Assembly: GCA_017616895.1 (NCBI GenBank) | Contig: JAFZXE010000027.1 | Location: forward strand, 18,438 to 82,437 | DNA length: 64,000 bases | Direction: 5' to 3' | From: Bacteroidales bacterium | Lineage (GTDB): Bacteria > Bacteroidota > Bacteroidia > Bacteroidales > P3 | Shown here: in pieces, positions 45,468 through 54,893 of the stretch | How the letters are laid out: the number at the start of each line of letters is the position of its first letter | Position numbering within the stretch: position 1 is the stretch's first letter | Notes under the pieces: generated by a model | What the model was told of the DNA's origin: nothing | Databases searched by the model: none | Seen by the model: only the letters and a program-made list of their open reading frames with translations | Translations under genes and position numbers: made by a program

Positions 45468-47306
45468 ATGTCACAAGACCAGATTTGCAATAAAGAAGAC
45501 CTGGTGGTGCGTTTTGCAGGCGACTCGGGCGACGGAATGCAGCTTTCCGGCACCCTCTTCTCCGATGCCTCCGCACTTACGGGCAACGACATCGCAACAT
45601 TCCCCGACTACCCGGCCGAGATACGCGCTCCGCACAACACCATCGCGGGCGTATCGGGCTATCAGGTGCACGTGGGTAACCACATCTACAGCTCGGGCGA
45701 CAAGTGCGACATCCTGATCGCGATGAACCCCGCTTCGTTCAAGTCGAACCTGAAGTGGGCCAAGAAGGGTGCCACCGTTATCGTCGATATCGACACTTTC
45801 ACCGACGAGGCGATGGAGAAAGCCGGCTACACGGAGAACCCGTTCAGCGACGAGCTGGAGCGCGCATACACGATAATCAAGGCTCCCGTGACTTCGTTCA
45901 CCGCCAAGATAGGGCAGGAACAGGGCGCCGACAAGAAGACCGCCGACAAGTGCCGCAACATGTTTGCGCTGGGTATCGTCTTCTACGCCACCCACAAGAC
46001 TCTCGACCAGACCTTTGCATATCTGGAGCGCAAGTTCGCCAAGAAACCCGACGTGGTGAAGCTGAACAAGGCCGTCCTCAGCGCGGGTTATGAATATGCT
46101 GACAAACTCGAGGTGATGCACTCGCATATCTTCGAGGTGGCTCACGCCGAGATGCCCAAGGGCAAATATCGCAACATCACTGGTAACGTGGCTACCGCAT
46201 GGGGTCTTCTGGCCGCATCGGAGCGCAGCGGACGCCAGCTGTTCCTTGGCAGCTATCCTATCACCCCGGCTACCGACGTGATGGTGGAGCTGTCGAAGCA
46301 TAAATCGCTCGGTGCACGTGTGTTCCAGGCTGAGGACGAGATTGCGGGCGTATGCTCGGCTATCGGTGCCTCATACGCAGGTGCGCTGGCTTGCACCTCC
46401 ACTTCCGGTCCTGGTCTCTCGCTTAAGAGTGAGGCTCTTGGTTTGGCCGTGATGGTTGAACTGCCGTTGGTGGTGGTCGATGTGCAGCGTGGCGGTCCTT
46501 CGACCGGCTTGCCAACCAAGACCGAGCAGAGCGACCTGAACCAGGCTCTCTATGGCCGTAACGGTGAGGCTCCGCTGGTGGTGGTTGCCGCTTCGTCGAG
46601 TGCCAACTGCTTCTATTGGGCCTACAACGCAGCCAAGATAGCATTGGAGCACATGACTCCCGTCATCCTGCTCACCGATGGTTATCTGGGCAACGGCTCA
46701 CAGCTGTTCCGCATACCTAAGGTGGCCGACTTGCCGAGCATCACCCCGCGTATGGCAACCCCGAACGACCCGAACTACCGTCCGTTCCGTCGCGACGACG
46801 AGAAATACGCCCGCTGGTGGGCACTGCCCGGCATGGAAGGCTTGAGCCACCGTGTCGGAGGCCTTGAGAAATGCCCCGACGGTCCGCTCAGCACCGATCC
46901 CGAGAACCACGCCCTCATGACCAAGAACCGTCAGGAGAAAGTGAACCGCGTGGCCAACTACATCCCCGACCAGGAAGTGACCGGCAACCCCGACGCCGAC
47001 CTGCTCGTGGTGGGTTGGGGCGGCACCGCTGGCGCTCTCACACTCGCCGTAGAGGAGATGAACAAAGAAGGCAAGAAAGTGGCTTACACCCATTTCAACT
47101 ATATCTGCCCGCTGCCGAAGAACACGGGCGACATACTGCGCAAATACAAGAAAATCGTGGTATGCGAGCTCAACAACGGTCAGTTTGCAGGTTATCTCCG
47201 CACCCAGTTCCCCGAATGTCCGATGACCCAGTACAACAAGATTATGGGTCTGCCGTTCGAGGTGTGCGAGTTGAAAGACCACTTCAATAAACTCCTTGAG
47301 AAATAA
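45468..47306 (+). CDS. korA: 2-oxoglutarate/2-oxoacid:ferredoxin oxidoreductase, alpha (fused gamma-alpha) subunit
   Basis: 612 aa. The N-terminal gamma-like domain (RFAGDSGDGMQLSG) is fused to the alpha domain (GSYPITPATD), as in two-subunit KorAB enzymes. Confidence 0.88.
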   Translation: MSQDQICNKEDLVVRFAGDSGDGMQLSGTLFSDASALTGNDIATFPDYPAEIRAPHNTIAGVSGYQVHVGNHIYSSGDKCDILIAMNPASFKSNLKWAKKGATVIVDIDTFTDEAMEKAGYTENPFSDELERAYTIIKAPVTSFTAKIGQEQGADKKTADKCRNMFALGIVFYATHKTLDQTFAYLERKFAKKPDVVKLNKAVLSAGYEYADKLEVMHSHIFEVAHAEMPKGKYRNITGNVATAWGLLAASERSGRQLFLGSYPITPATDVMVELSKHKSLGARVFQAEDEIAGVCSAIGASYAGALACTSTSGPGLSLKSEALGLAVMVELPLVVVDVQRGGPSTGLPTKTEQSDLNQALYGRNGEAPLVVVAASSSANCFYWAYNAAKIALEHMTPVILLTDGYLGNGSQLFRIPKVADLPSITPRMATPNDPNYRPFRRDDEKYARWWALPGMEGLSHRVGGLEKCPDGPLSTDPENHALMTKNRQEKVNRVANYIPDQEVTGNPDADLLVVGWGGTAGALTLAVEEMNKEGKKVAYTHFNYICPLPKNTGDILRKYKKIVVCELNNGQFAGYLRTQFPECPMTQYNKIMGLPFEVCELKDHFNKLLEK

Positions 47307-47353
47307 CCTATAAGTCACATAAGACCTATAAGTCCTATAAGACATATAGGCCC
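47307..47353. repeat. word array (C)CTATAAG(T/A)C family between korA and korB
   Basis: CCTATAAGTCACATAAGACCTATAAGTCCTATAAGACATATAGGCCC. Confidence 0.85.
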
Positions 47354-47369
47354 TAAAAAAATAGAAACA

Positions 47370-48398
47370 ATGGAAAGACATTTTGTTCCCAAAGCGGATC
47401 GCGAATATACAAAGGCTGACTTTGCCAGCGACCAGATGGTGAAATGGTGCCCCGGCTGCGGCGACCACGCCATCCTCTCATCTCTTCTCAACACCTTCCC
47501 CAAGACGGGTCACAAGAAGGAGAACATCTGCATGGTGTCGGGTATCGGCTGCTCCTCGCGCATACCTTATTATGTTGACACCTATGGTTTCCACAGTATC
47601 CACGGACGCGCCTGCGCCATCGCCACCGGCGTCAAGCTCGCCAACCCCGCTCTCTCGGTGTGGGTCAACATGGGCGACGGCGACTCGATGGCCATCGGAG
47701 GCAACCACCTCATCCACGCTGTGCGCCGCAATCAGGACCTCAACATCACCATCTTCAACAACGAGATTTACGGTCTCACCAAAGGTCAGTACAGCCCCAC
47801 CACCAAGTTCGGCCAGGTGACCAAGACCTCGCCCTTCGGCACCATCGACTACCCGTTTAACCCGGGTGAGCTCGTCATGGGTGCACAGGGCACCTTCTTC
47901 GCCCGCGCTCTCGACTGCGTGCCGGCTCTGACCACCGACATCATGACCCGCGCCGCCCAGCACGACGGCACATCGGTTGTAGAGGTTCTACAGAACTGCA
48001 TGATATTCAACGATAAGACACATGCCGCCATCACCGACCGCGCAGTGCGTGACGACCGCACCATCGTGCTCGAACACGGCAAACCCATGCTCTTCGGCAA
48101 AAACAAAGAGAAAGGCCTCCGCTTCAACGGACGTCAGCTCGAGGTTGTAAGCATCGGCGAGAACGGAGTGACCCTTGACGACATCATGATTCACGACGAG
48201 ACCACCGAGGATACCGGCATCCACATGATGCTGGCCCACATGCACGGCGACCTGCCCGTGGCACTCGGCGTCATCCGCAACGTCAAGAAAACCTCCTACA
48301 CCCAGCTCTACGAGAACCAGATGGACGAGCAGAAAGCAAACGGCAAATACAAATGTGTTGATGACCTGCTCAACAGTGGCGACACCTGGGAAGTCTAA
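47370..48398 (+). CDS. korB: 2-oxoglutarate/2-oxoacid:ferredoxin oxidoreductase, beta (TPP-binding) subunit
   Basis: 342 aa with WCPGCGDH and the TPP motif GDGDSMAIGGNH ... NNEIYGLTKGQ. Confidence 0.88.
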   Translation: MERHFVPKADREYTKADFASDQMVKWCPGCGDHAILSSLLNTFPKTGHKKENICMVSGIGCSSRIPYYVDTYGFHSIHGRACAIATGVKLANPALSVWVNMGDGDSMAIGGNHLIHAVRRNQDLNITIFNNEIYGLTKGQYSPTTKFGQVTKTSPFGTIDYPFNPGELVMGAQGTFFARALDCVPALTTDIMTRAAQHDGTSVVEVLQNCMIFNDKTHAAITDRAVRDDRTIVLEHGKPMLFGKNKEKGLRFNGRQLEVVSIGENGVTLDDIMIHDETTEDTGIHMMLAHMHGDLPVALGVIRNVKKTSYTQLYENQMDEQKANGKYKCVDDLLNSGDTWEV

Positions 48399-48506
48399 CC
48401 CCTGTCCGTATAGGACAATTGATATCAGGGAAATCTAACCCCACGTCCTCACAAGGCAGTCAGTAAAGCTTGCCCGTGACAAAGGTCTTTAGATAAGGCA
48501 CCCCCC

Positions 48507-48541
48507 AAAGCACACCTCACGATGAGGTGTGCTTTGCTTTT
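48507..48541 (+). terminator. rho-independent terminator after korB
   Basis: 13-bp stem AAAGCACACCTCA / TGAGGTGTGCTTT with loop CGA, followed by GCTTTT. Confidence 0.8.
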
Positions 48542-48584
48542 GGAGGGTTGACGTGAGAATGTTTGCCAGTTTGAGAAATGTTTG

Positions 48585-48592
48585 TATCTTTG
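48585..48592 (+). promoter_or_regulatory. Bacteroidota -7 box (TATCTTTG)
   Basis: Lies 41 nt upstream of the ATG at 48633. Confidence 0.6.
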
Positions 48593-48632
48593 CGTGTGAT
48601 ATTGTTGTGAATTATTAACCAAAAATCAAAAT

Positions 48633-49811
48633 ATGAAATCAAGACGGTTGACTATGATGGTAGTGCTGTTCTCGGCATTTCTGGGTTTTATCGGATGCAA
48701 ACCCGACGAGGTGTCGGTTGACAGCATTGCTCTACGTCCCTCAGACAAAGAACTTTCAGTGGGAGCCACCTATCAGTTATTGGCGGTAGTGCTTCCAAGC
48801 GACGCTCCGCAGGATGTGGAGTGGGTTAGCGGCAACCCATCGGTGGCTACTGTGAGCAATTCTGGATTGGTGACAGCTGTGTCTTTGGGCGAGTGTGACA
48901 TCACAGCGACAGCGGGCGGCAAGAGCGCCGTATGCCATATTACTGTGGTGGATGGAACTCCAAGCGACCCTTCCGACCCGCGCTATCCAACCGATGGTCC
49001 TTTCGACGACAACGGAGCCTCGGTTGCAGTTTTCTCGGTTGCGCAAGGTAGCACGGTTCATTTTTCGCGTGGAAACCTCCAGTACCAAGCCTCCACCGGC
49101 ACGTGGCGTTTCGCCGAGCATCAGTATGACCACATTGGTTCGGCCAACCGCAATATTTCGTCAGACAACACTGGATGGATAGACCTTTTCGGCTGGGGCA
49201 CAAGCGGATGGAATAGCGGTGCCGTTGCCTACCAACCGTGGGATACAAGTTCCACAGGTAGCGATTATTACCCGGGAGGCAGCCTTACAAACAACCTCGA
49301 AGGCGAGTTCGCCAACGCCGATTGGGGTGTCTATAACGCAATCAGCAACGGCGGCAACCGTCCTGGCTTGTGGCGGACGCTGACAAATGCTGAATGGAAC
49401 TACCTGCTGAACAGTCGAGAGGCTTCGAACGCCTGCGGATATGACAATGTGAGATATATCAAGGCGAAGGTGAATAGCGAACTCGGTTTGATTCTGTTTC
49501 CCGATGTCTATAGCCATCCAGCCGGAGCGCCTACGCTGAGCAACGTGAACACCGCCACCTCGCCGTTCAACTCAAACGTGGTGACGGCTGATGAATGGGC
49601 GTTGATGGAGAATTCTGGTTGCATCTTCCTGCCGTCTGCGGGCTTCCGCGACGGTACGAGTGTGGAATACGTGGGTTCGTACGGCGGCTACTGGTCAGCG
49701 ACATATTACAACAACGAAAGCGCATGCAATCTGTTTTTCATGGCTTCATCGTTAGACCTGAGCTTCAACCTCCGCAACTACGGTCTTTCCGTCCGTCTGG
49801 TCAAGGATTGA
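48633..49811 (+). CDS. lipoprotein with Ig-like (Big_2) domain and FISUMP-type (Fibrobacter succinogenes major paralogous) C-terminal domain
   Basis: Lipobox FLGFIGC. Big_2-like segment (LSVGATYQLLAVVLPSDAP ... VSGNPSVATVS). The C-terminal part (GYWSATYYN ... GLSVRLVKD) has the FISUMP signature. Confidence 0.6.
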   Translation: MKSRRLTMMVVLFSAFLGFIGCKPDEVSVDSIALRPSDKELSVGATYQLLAVVLPSDAPQDVEWVSGNPSVATVSNSGLVTAVSLGECDITATAGGKSAVCHITVVDGTPSDPSDPRYPTDGPFDDNGASVAVFSVAQGSTVHFSRGNLQYQASTGTWRFAEHQYDHIGSANRNISSDNTGWIDLFGWGTSGWNSGAVAYQPWDTSSTGSDYYPGGSLTNNLEGEFANADWGVYNAISNGGNRPGLWRTLTNAEWNYLLNSREASNACGYDNVRYIKAKVNSELGLILFPDVYSHPAGAPTLSNVNTATSPFNSNVVTADEWALMENSGCIFLPSAGFRDGTSVEYVGSYGGYWSATYYNNESACNLFFMASSLDLSFNLRNYGLSVRLVKD

Positions 49812-49913
49812 AAAGTAGTCAATGCCGAGATTAGCCGCAACGATATAAGTTCAAATGGACGAAAGTGTTTTTGTCTCCAATATCTTAATAGGGTATTGTT
49901 TACCGTTGCAAAC

Positions 49914-52772
49914 ATGAAACGAGTAGCGTACTTCTTTTTTCTTGCGGTGATATTCACTGCTTGCGGACATACAATAGAGCTGGATTCGCTCACTGTGGAG
50001 ATGCAGGACGGGAGTCAGCCTTTGGCCACCGCCGAACCCAGGTTCAGTTGGCGATATAAGACTGATTGTGTGAATGGCTATCAAACCGAATACCGTATCA
50101 TCGTGGCCAGCAGCGAGCAGAAAGCCAAAGAGGGCATTGGCGACCTGTGGGATTCCAAGCAGATGGTATCCAGCCAGATGCTTTATATTCCGTATGAAGG
50201 CACGAAGCTTAAAAGCCGCGACCACTGCTACTGGAAAGTGTTTGCAACGGTGAAGTATGGCAAGAATGGAAGCGTTAAAACGATAGAAAGTGGCGTGGGC
50301 GAATTTGAAATCAGTCTGCTCTCGCCAGATGATTGGAGGGCAAAATGGATTGGACGTAACTTTGAGGACGACTGCGTGGAGGGCCACACCTCCATTGCAG
50401 CACGCTATCTCCGTAAAGAATTCAACTTAAAGAAAAACATTAATAAATCACGTTTATATATCAGTGGACTAGGAGTTTATTGCGCATATATAAACGGTGG
50501 CGAAGTAGCACCCGACGAACTGTTAAAGCCAGCTCTGAGCGATTATACACAGCGCATTTATTTCAATGCGTATGATATCACCGAGATGTTAACTGCGGGA
50601 CAAAACGCAGTTTGTGTAACTCTTGAGGGTGGCCGATTCACAACCATACGACACGATACCAACTATTTGGAGTGGTGTGGAATACTTCATGCCGCCCACT
50701 ATGGCTTACCTCAACTGATTATGCAACTGGAGGTTACATATACCGACGGCACAACCGACACTATCGTGAGCGGCGAGGGATGGAAGATTACTAACCGAGG
50801 GCCGATACGCAAAAGCAATGAGTTTGACGGAGAAACATACGACGCACGAATGGAGCTGGGATACTGGACTTTGCCCGGATACGATGACAGCAAATGGATG
50901 GATGCCGTTGTTGACTACGACCAGCATAATATGAACACAGAAGACCTGTTTAACCCCAAATGGAAGCTGGTGGACAGCGGCGAGTGGCCAGTAAACTGCT
51001 CAAAAGCAGACAGAAAGAATGCCAAAGACCGTCGCCCTGAGACAACATACCACCTTTTGACACCACAAGCCAACCCCAATATAAAAGTACAAGATAGGCT
51101 TAAACCTGTGAGTATCTATAAGAAAGGCGACAAATGGATTCTCGACATGGGGCAAAACATGGTAGGGGTGCTGCAATGCTACAATATGGACAAGTGGAAT
51201 TGTGAATGTGGCGATACTGTGGTTTTCCGTTTTGCCGAAACCATTAAAGATGACAGCACTCTATATATTGACAATCTGCGCAGTGCGGAGGCCACAGACA
51301 GATATGTTTTCGGCGACAAGAGGACTTCTGTGCCCCAAAAACATACAGTCAGGCAATCAACATGGAGCCCCAAATTTACATATCACGGTTTCAGATATGT
51401 GGAAATCAGCGGTTTGAAAGCAACGCCAAAACTTGAGGACTTCAAGGGGTTGGTATTGTACGACGAAATGTCTGTCTCTGGAAGTTTCGAATGTTCAAAC
51501 GAGGTAATGAATGCAATATACCGCAACGCCTATTGGGGCATACGCGGCAACTACCGTTCGATGCCGACCGACTGTCCTCAGAGGGATGAACGAATGGGGT
51601 GGACTGGAGACCGCACCACTGGCTGTTACGGCGAGTCGTTTATCTTTGATAATCACCGACTTTACACAAAGTGGCTTCAAGATTTGGCTGACTGCCAATG
51701 GGAGAACGGATCGCTGTCGGATGTGGCACCTGCTTATTGGCGCAACTATACTGACAATATGACCTGGCCAGGTGCTTTCATTACTGTGGCAGATATGCTA
51801 CACACTCGTTTCGGAGATATGCAACCCATTAAACATCACTATGATGCGATGAAACTCTGGATGTTGCACATGAAGAAATACTATATGAAGGACGGCATCG
51901 TGATTCGCGACACCTACGGCGACTGGTGCATGCCGCCGGAAAGTCCCGAGCTGATTCACTCGAAGGATACCAACCGCATGACTTGGCCGGCTAATCTATC
52001 CACACCTTTTTACTGCTACCTTTCCGGAAAAATGGCAAAGTTTGCCAAACTACTTGGTTATGATGATGATGTGAGGTATTTCAGTGATGAAATAGAAACG
52101 GTCACATCAGCATACAATTCAAAATATCTCAACCTGGAAACAGGACGCTATTCAAATAATTCAGTGACAGCGAACCTGCTGCCAATATCTTTCGGAATGG
52201 TTCCTAAAGGGTTGGAAAAGAAAGTGTTCGATAATATAATTCATAAGACAGAAAACGATTTTGGATGGCATGTTTCCACTGGAGTGGTTGGAATACAACA
52301 ACTTATGAGAACGCTAACAGAACAGGGCAGGGGAGACCTGGCATTGAAAATAGCCTCAGCGGACGACTTTCCAAGTTGGGGCTATATGTGGCGACACGGG
52401 GCAACCACCATCTGGGAACTCTGGAACGGTGACACCGCAGACCCGTCGATGAATTCAGGCAATCACGTCATGCTTCTGGGAGACCTTATCATATGGTATT
52501 ACGAATACCTCGGCGGCATACGGGCTTTAGAACCCGGCTACAGTCGTATTGAACTGAAACCATATCCAATAGATGGACTCGAATATGTGAACTGCAGCTA
52601 TAATTCGGTATCAGGTTTAATCAAAAGCAACTGGACTCGCAAGGGAAACAAATTTGAATGGGATATAGATATTCCAGCCAACACAACAGCCGAAGTATGG
52701 TTGCCGACATCCAACGGCTACAAGCAACAAATTCTCGCCAGTGGCAAACACCACCTGATCAGTCGCCTGTAA
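49914..52772 (+). CDS. alpha-L-rhamnosidase (GH78)
   Basis: About 950 aa with a signal/lipobox (FLAVIFTACG), a rhamnosidase N-domain, and the six-hairpin catalytic domain motif MPTDCPQRDERMGWTGD. I chose the ATG at 49914. Confidence 0.85.
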   Translation: MKRVAYFFFLAVIFTACGHTIELDSLTVEMQDGSQPLATAEPRFSWRYKTDCVNGYQTEYRIIVASSEQKAKEGIGDLWDSKQMVSSQMLYIPYEGTKLKSRDHCYWKVFATVKYGKNGSVKTIESGVGEFEISLLSPDDWRAKWIGRNFEDDCVEGHTSIAARYLRKEFNLKKNINKSRLYISGLGVYCAYINGGEVAPDELLKPALSDYTQRIYFNAYDITEMLTAGQNAVCVTLEGGRFTTIRHDTNYLEWCGILHAAHYGLPQLIMQLEVTYTDGTTDTIVSGEGWKITNRGPIRKSNEFDGETYDARMELGYWTLPGYDDSKWMDAVVDYDQHNMNTEDLFNPKWKLVDSGEWPVNCSKADRKNAKDRRPETTYHLLTPQANPNIKVQDRLKPVSIYKKGDKWILDMGQNMVGVLQCYNMDKWNCECGDTVVFRFAETIKDDSTLYIDNLRSAEATDRYVFGDKRTSVPQKHTVRQSTWSPKFTYHGFRYVEISGLKATPKLEDFKGLVLYDEMSVSGSFECSNEVMNAIYRNAYWGIRGNYRSMPTDCPQRDERMGWTGDRTTGCYGESFIFDNHRLYTKWLQDLADCQWENGSLSDVAPAYWRNYTDNMTWPGAFITVADMLHTRFGDMQPIKHHYDAMKLWMLHMKKYYMKDGIVIRDTYGDWCMPPESPELIHSKDTNRMTWPANLSTPFYCYLSGKMAKFAKLLGYDDDVRYFSDEIETVTSAYNSKYLNLETGRYSNNSVTANLLPISFGMVPKGLEKKVFDNIIHKTENDFGWHVSTGVVGIQQLMRTLTEQGRGDLALKIASADDFPSWGYMWRHGATTIWELWNGDTADPSMNSGNHVMLLGDLIIWYYEYLGGIRALEPGYSRIELKPYPIDGLEYVNCSYNSVSGLIKSNWTRKGNKFEWDIDIPANTTAEVWLPTSNGYKQQILASGKHHLISRL

Positions 52773-52969
52773 TTTATCCGTCAAAAGTAATTTGATGTTG
52801 CATCAATGCGGTTTTGATGTTACCGCATAAAAATCGCAAAAGACCGACTCGCCAGTTGGGGTCTTTATAAGTAGAGTACAATGGATACCCGGCTTAAGGA
52901 TTGTGCATACTCAAATAATAGTAGGAGTGGATATTTTAAAATACCCTACTTAACATAACGGCGATATTC

Positions 52970-53008
52970 ATAATAAATAAGCCAGCGGCTTTTTAGGGTC
53001 GCTGGCTT
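52970..53008 (-). terminator. hairpin downstream of the kdd-like gene
   Basis: 9-bp stem AAGCCAGCG / CGCTGGCTT with a 12-nt loop. On the minus strand it is followed by ATTTATTAT. Confidence 0.55.
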
Positions 53009-53116
53009 GCTATTTGTGTGGCTGTCTTATCGTTAACTCAAAATGGCTGGCTTATTTGGATTCGGCTTGTAGTCTTGTTCAAATAGGTCGAGGATTTTGA
53101 GTTATCGGATTTTGAC

Positions 53117-54190
53117 TTATGCGTAAAGCTCTTCGAAGATTTTACGGAGCTTGGGACTCTCACGGAGTTCCTGAAGCGTGAACTCGGCGTGGCCTTTGGT
53201 GTAGCCGTTACCCATGATCATGTTCACGTCGCTTCCGATACCTTCGGCACCAAGCGATGCTTTGGTGAAGCTGGTGGCCATCGAGAAGAAATAAACGACG
53301 CCGTCGTCTTTGGTGATAAGGATGGCGGTCATCTCCTGGTCTGGAACGTTGACGCAGTTGATGGTAACATCGGCCATCTTGCCACCGGTGAGACGCTCAA
53401 CGAGCTCATAAACCTGAACGGGTGTCATTCCAGCTGCGCTCTCAACGATATCGCAGAATCCGAGGTCCTTGATACGCTGTGTGCTCTTGGGGCTGTTGGC
53501 GATACCGATAACCTTACCAGTTACACCAACGCGCTTCTTGGCCTCATAGCAGCAGAGCATACCGCTCTTTCCACCTGCTCCGAGGATGACGACGGTCTGG
53601 CCATAGTGGCACAGTTTGGCGGTCTGTGCAGGAGCACCGGCAACGTCTAATGCGCTGAGAGCGAGCTTTTCGGGCATATCATCGGGAATCTTGGCATATA
53701 TGCCGCTCTCGAAGAGGATAGCCTTACCTTTGATGTCAACCTGGTCGATTTCGGGACGGATCTCGCCGAAAGAGTCGATACGCAGCGGGGTGAGCGACAG
53801 CGAAACGAGGGTAGCAATACGGTCGCCTTCTTTGAGGTCGATTTTGCCTTTCAGAGCGTCACCGATTTTCTCGACTTTACCGAGAAGCATACCGCCCGAA
53901 CCGGTACGACGGTTGCGGTGTTTGCCCTGCAACTCCACGTTGAGGAGCATCTCTTTCTTCACCTCTTCGAGGATTCTCTCCTTGCTTGCGCCTTCACCGG
54001 CCTGCTCTTTGGCATAGTTCATAATGTCGGTGAAAGAAGCCGAGTCAACATTAAGGGTCTGGACGTCGATGAGAATCTCGTTGTCATAAAGCACGTCCAT
54101 ATTGTTGTCAATCTTGTTTGCCGGCTGCGGGAGAACACCCTTCGGCTCTAGTACACGGTGAACACCGTATTTGTTACCTTTTGGTTGCAT
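53117..54190 (-). CDS. kdd: L-erythro-3,5-diaminohexanoate dehydrogenase-like (Kdd-type) NAD(P) dehydrogenase
   Basis: 357 aa. The N-terminus (GNKYGVHRVLEPKGVLPQPANKIDNNM), TGSGGMLLGKVEKIGD, KGKAILFESGIYAKIPDDMPE, and GAGGKSGMLC (Rossmann) closely follow the Kdd sequences of lysine-fermenting anaerobes as I recall them. Confidence 0.7.
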   Translation of the reverse strand: MQPKGNKYGVHRVLEPKGVLPQPANKIDNNMDVLYDNEILIDVQTLNVDSASFTDIMNYAKEQAGEGASKERILEEVKKEMLLNVELQGKHRNRRTGSGGMLLGKVEKIGDALKGKIDLKEGDRIATLVSLSLTPLRIDSFGEIRPEIDQVDIKGKAILFESGIYAKIPDDMPEKLALSALDVAGAPAQTAKLCHYGQTVVILGAGGKSGMLCCYEAKKRVGVTGKVIGIANSPKSTQRIKDLGFCDIVESAAGMTPVQVYELVERLTGGKMADVTINCVNVPDQEMTAILITKDDGVVYFFSMATSFTKASLGAEGIGSDVNMIMGNGYTKGHAEFTLQELRESPKLRKIFEELYA

Positions 54191-54252
54191 AAAATTAGTT
54201 ATTTAATTGATTAAGAATTATTTTGATTATCGAATGTCGATTTGAAAACGTA

Positions 54253-54260
54253 CAAAGATA
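54253..54260 (-). promoter_or_regulatory. Bacteroidota -7 box (TATCTTTG on minus strand)
   Basis: The plus strand reads CAAAGATA, 63 nt upstream of the kdd ATG at 54190. Confidence 0.55.
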
Positions 54261-54284
54261 CGAAATAGTTTTGAGTTTAACAAT

Positions 54285-54380
54285 TTTTTATTGCGTTAAT
54301 GTGTTATTATGGGATTGCGTTAGTGTGTTTTTTATTGCGTTAATGTGTTATTGTGGGATTGCGTTAGTGGTTTATTGCGA
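54285..54380. repeat. word array (ATTGCGTTAATGTG family) containing a 44-nt-period tandem duplication
   Basis: TTATTGCGTTAATGTGTTATT(A/G)TGGGATTGCGTTAGTG occurs at 54288-54325 and 54332-54369. Confidence 0.9.
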
Positions 54381-54401
54381 AATGGTTTTAGTTTTGGTGA
54401 A

Positions 54402-54767
54402 TTAATATACATTTATTTCTTTCACTATGGGTTCGGGGAGTTTTGCGTTGATTTTTTCCATAAGGCTGGTGCGGCGGTAGAACACTTCCTGACGGAGTGT
54501 GGCGGTGTCGAACTTGAGTGTGAGCACACCGTCTTTGAACGATACTGACTGCGTGAGTTTCGAGACCAGCTCGCCGGCAATTTCGTTATAGGCTTTGCGG
54601 ACTGCGTTCTCGTCGATTATGGGCCTAAGGTCGTAATAGTCGTAAACGACATTGAGCAACTCGGCGATGCCGTACTCGTGGATACATTCGGGACGGACGC
54701 CTTTCCTCCAGGGCGAAGCGACTTGTCCGGCTCGGCGGCCTCGTGTTATGCGACGGTATTCTTTCAA
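54402..54767 (-). CDS. DUF721-domain protein (DciA-like), downstream of recF
   Basis: 121 aa. Its size, basic N-terminus and position immediately after recF match DUF721 genes in Bacteroidota. TTG start. Confidence 0.65.
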   Translation of the reverse strand: MKEYRRITRGRRAGQVASPWRKGVRPECIHEYGIAELLNVVYDYYDLRPIIDENAVRKAYNEIAGELVSKLTQSVSFKDGVLTLKFDTATLRQEVFYRRTSLMEKINAKLPEPIVKEINVY

Positions 54768-54774
54768 TGGGGAT

Positions 54775-54893
54775 TATATTATTGCGTTATTGCGTAATTG
54801 TGTTAATGCGTTAGTGATTGTGTAATTGTGTTAATGCGTTAATGTGTTAGTGATTGCGTTAATGTGTTAGTGTGTTATTGCGTTAGTGTCTTG
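54775..54893. repeat. word array (ATTGCGTTA / ATTGTGTTAATGCGTTAGTG family) filling the recF-DUF721 spacer
   Basis: The exact 25-mer ATTGCGTTATTGCGTAATTGTGTTA (54781-54805) recurs at 57930-57954. Confidence 0.95.
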
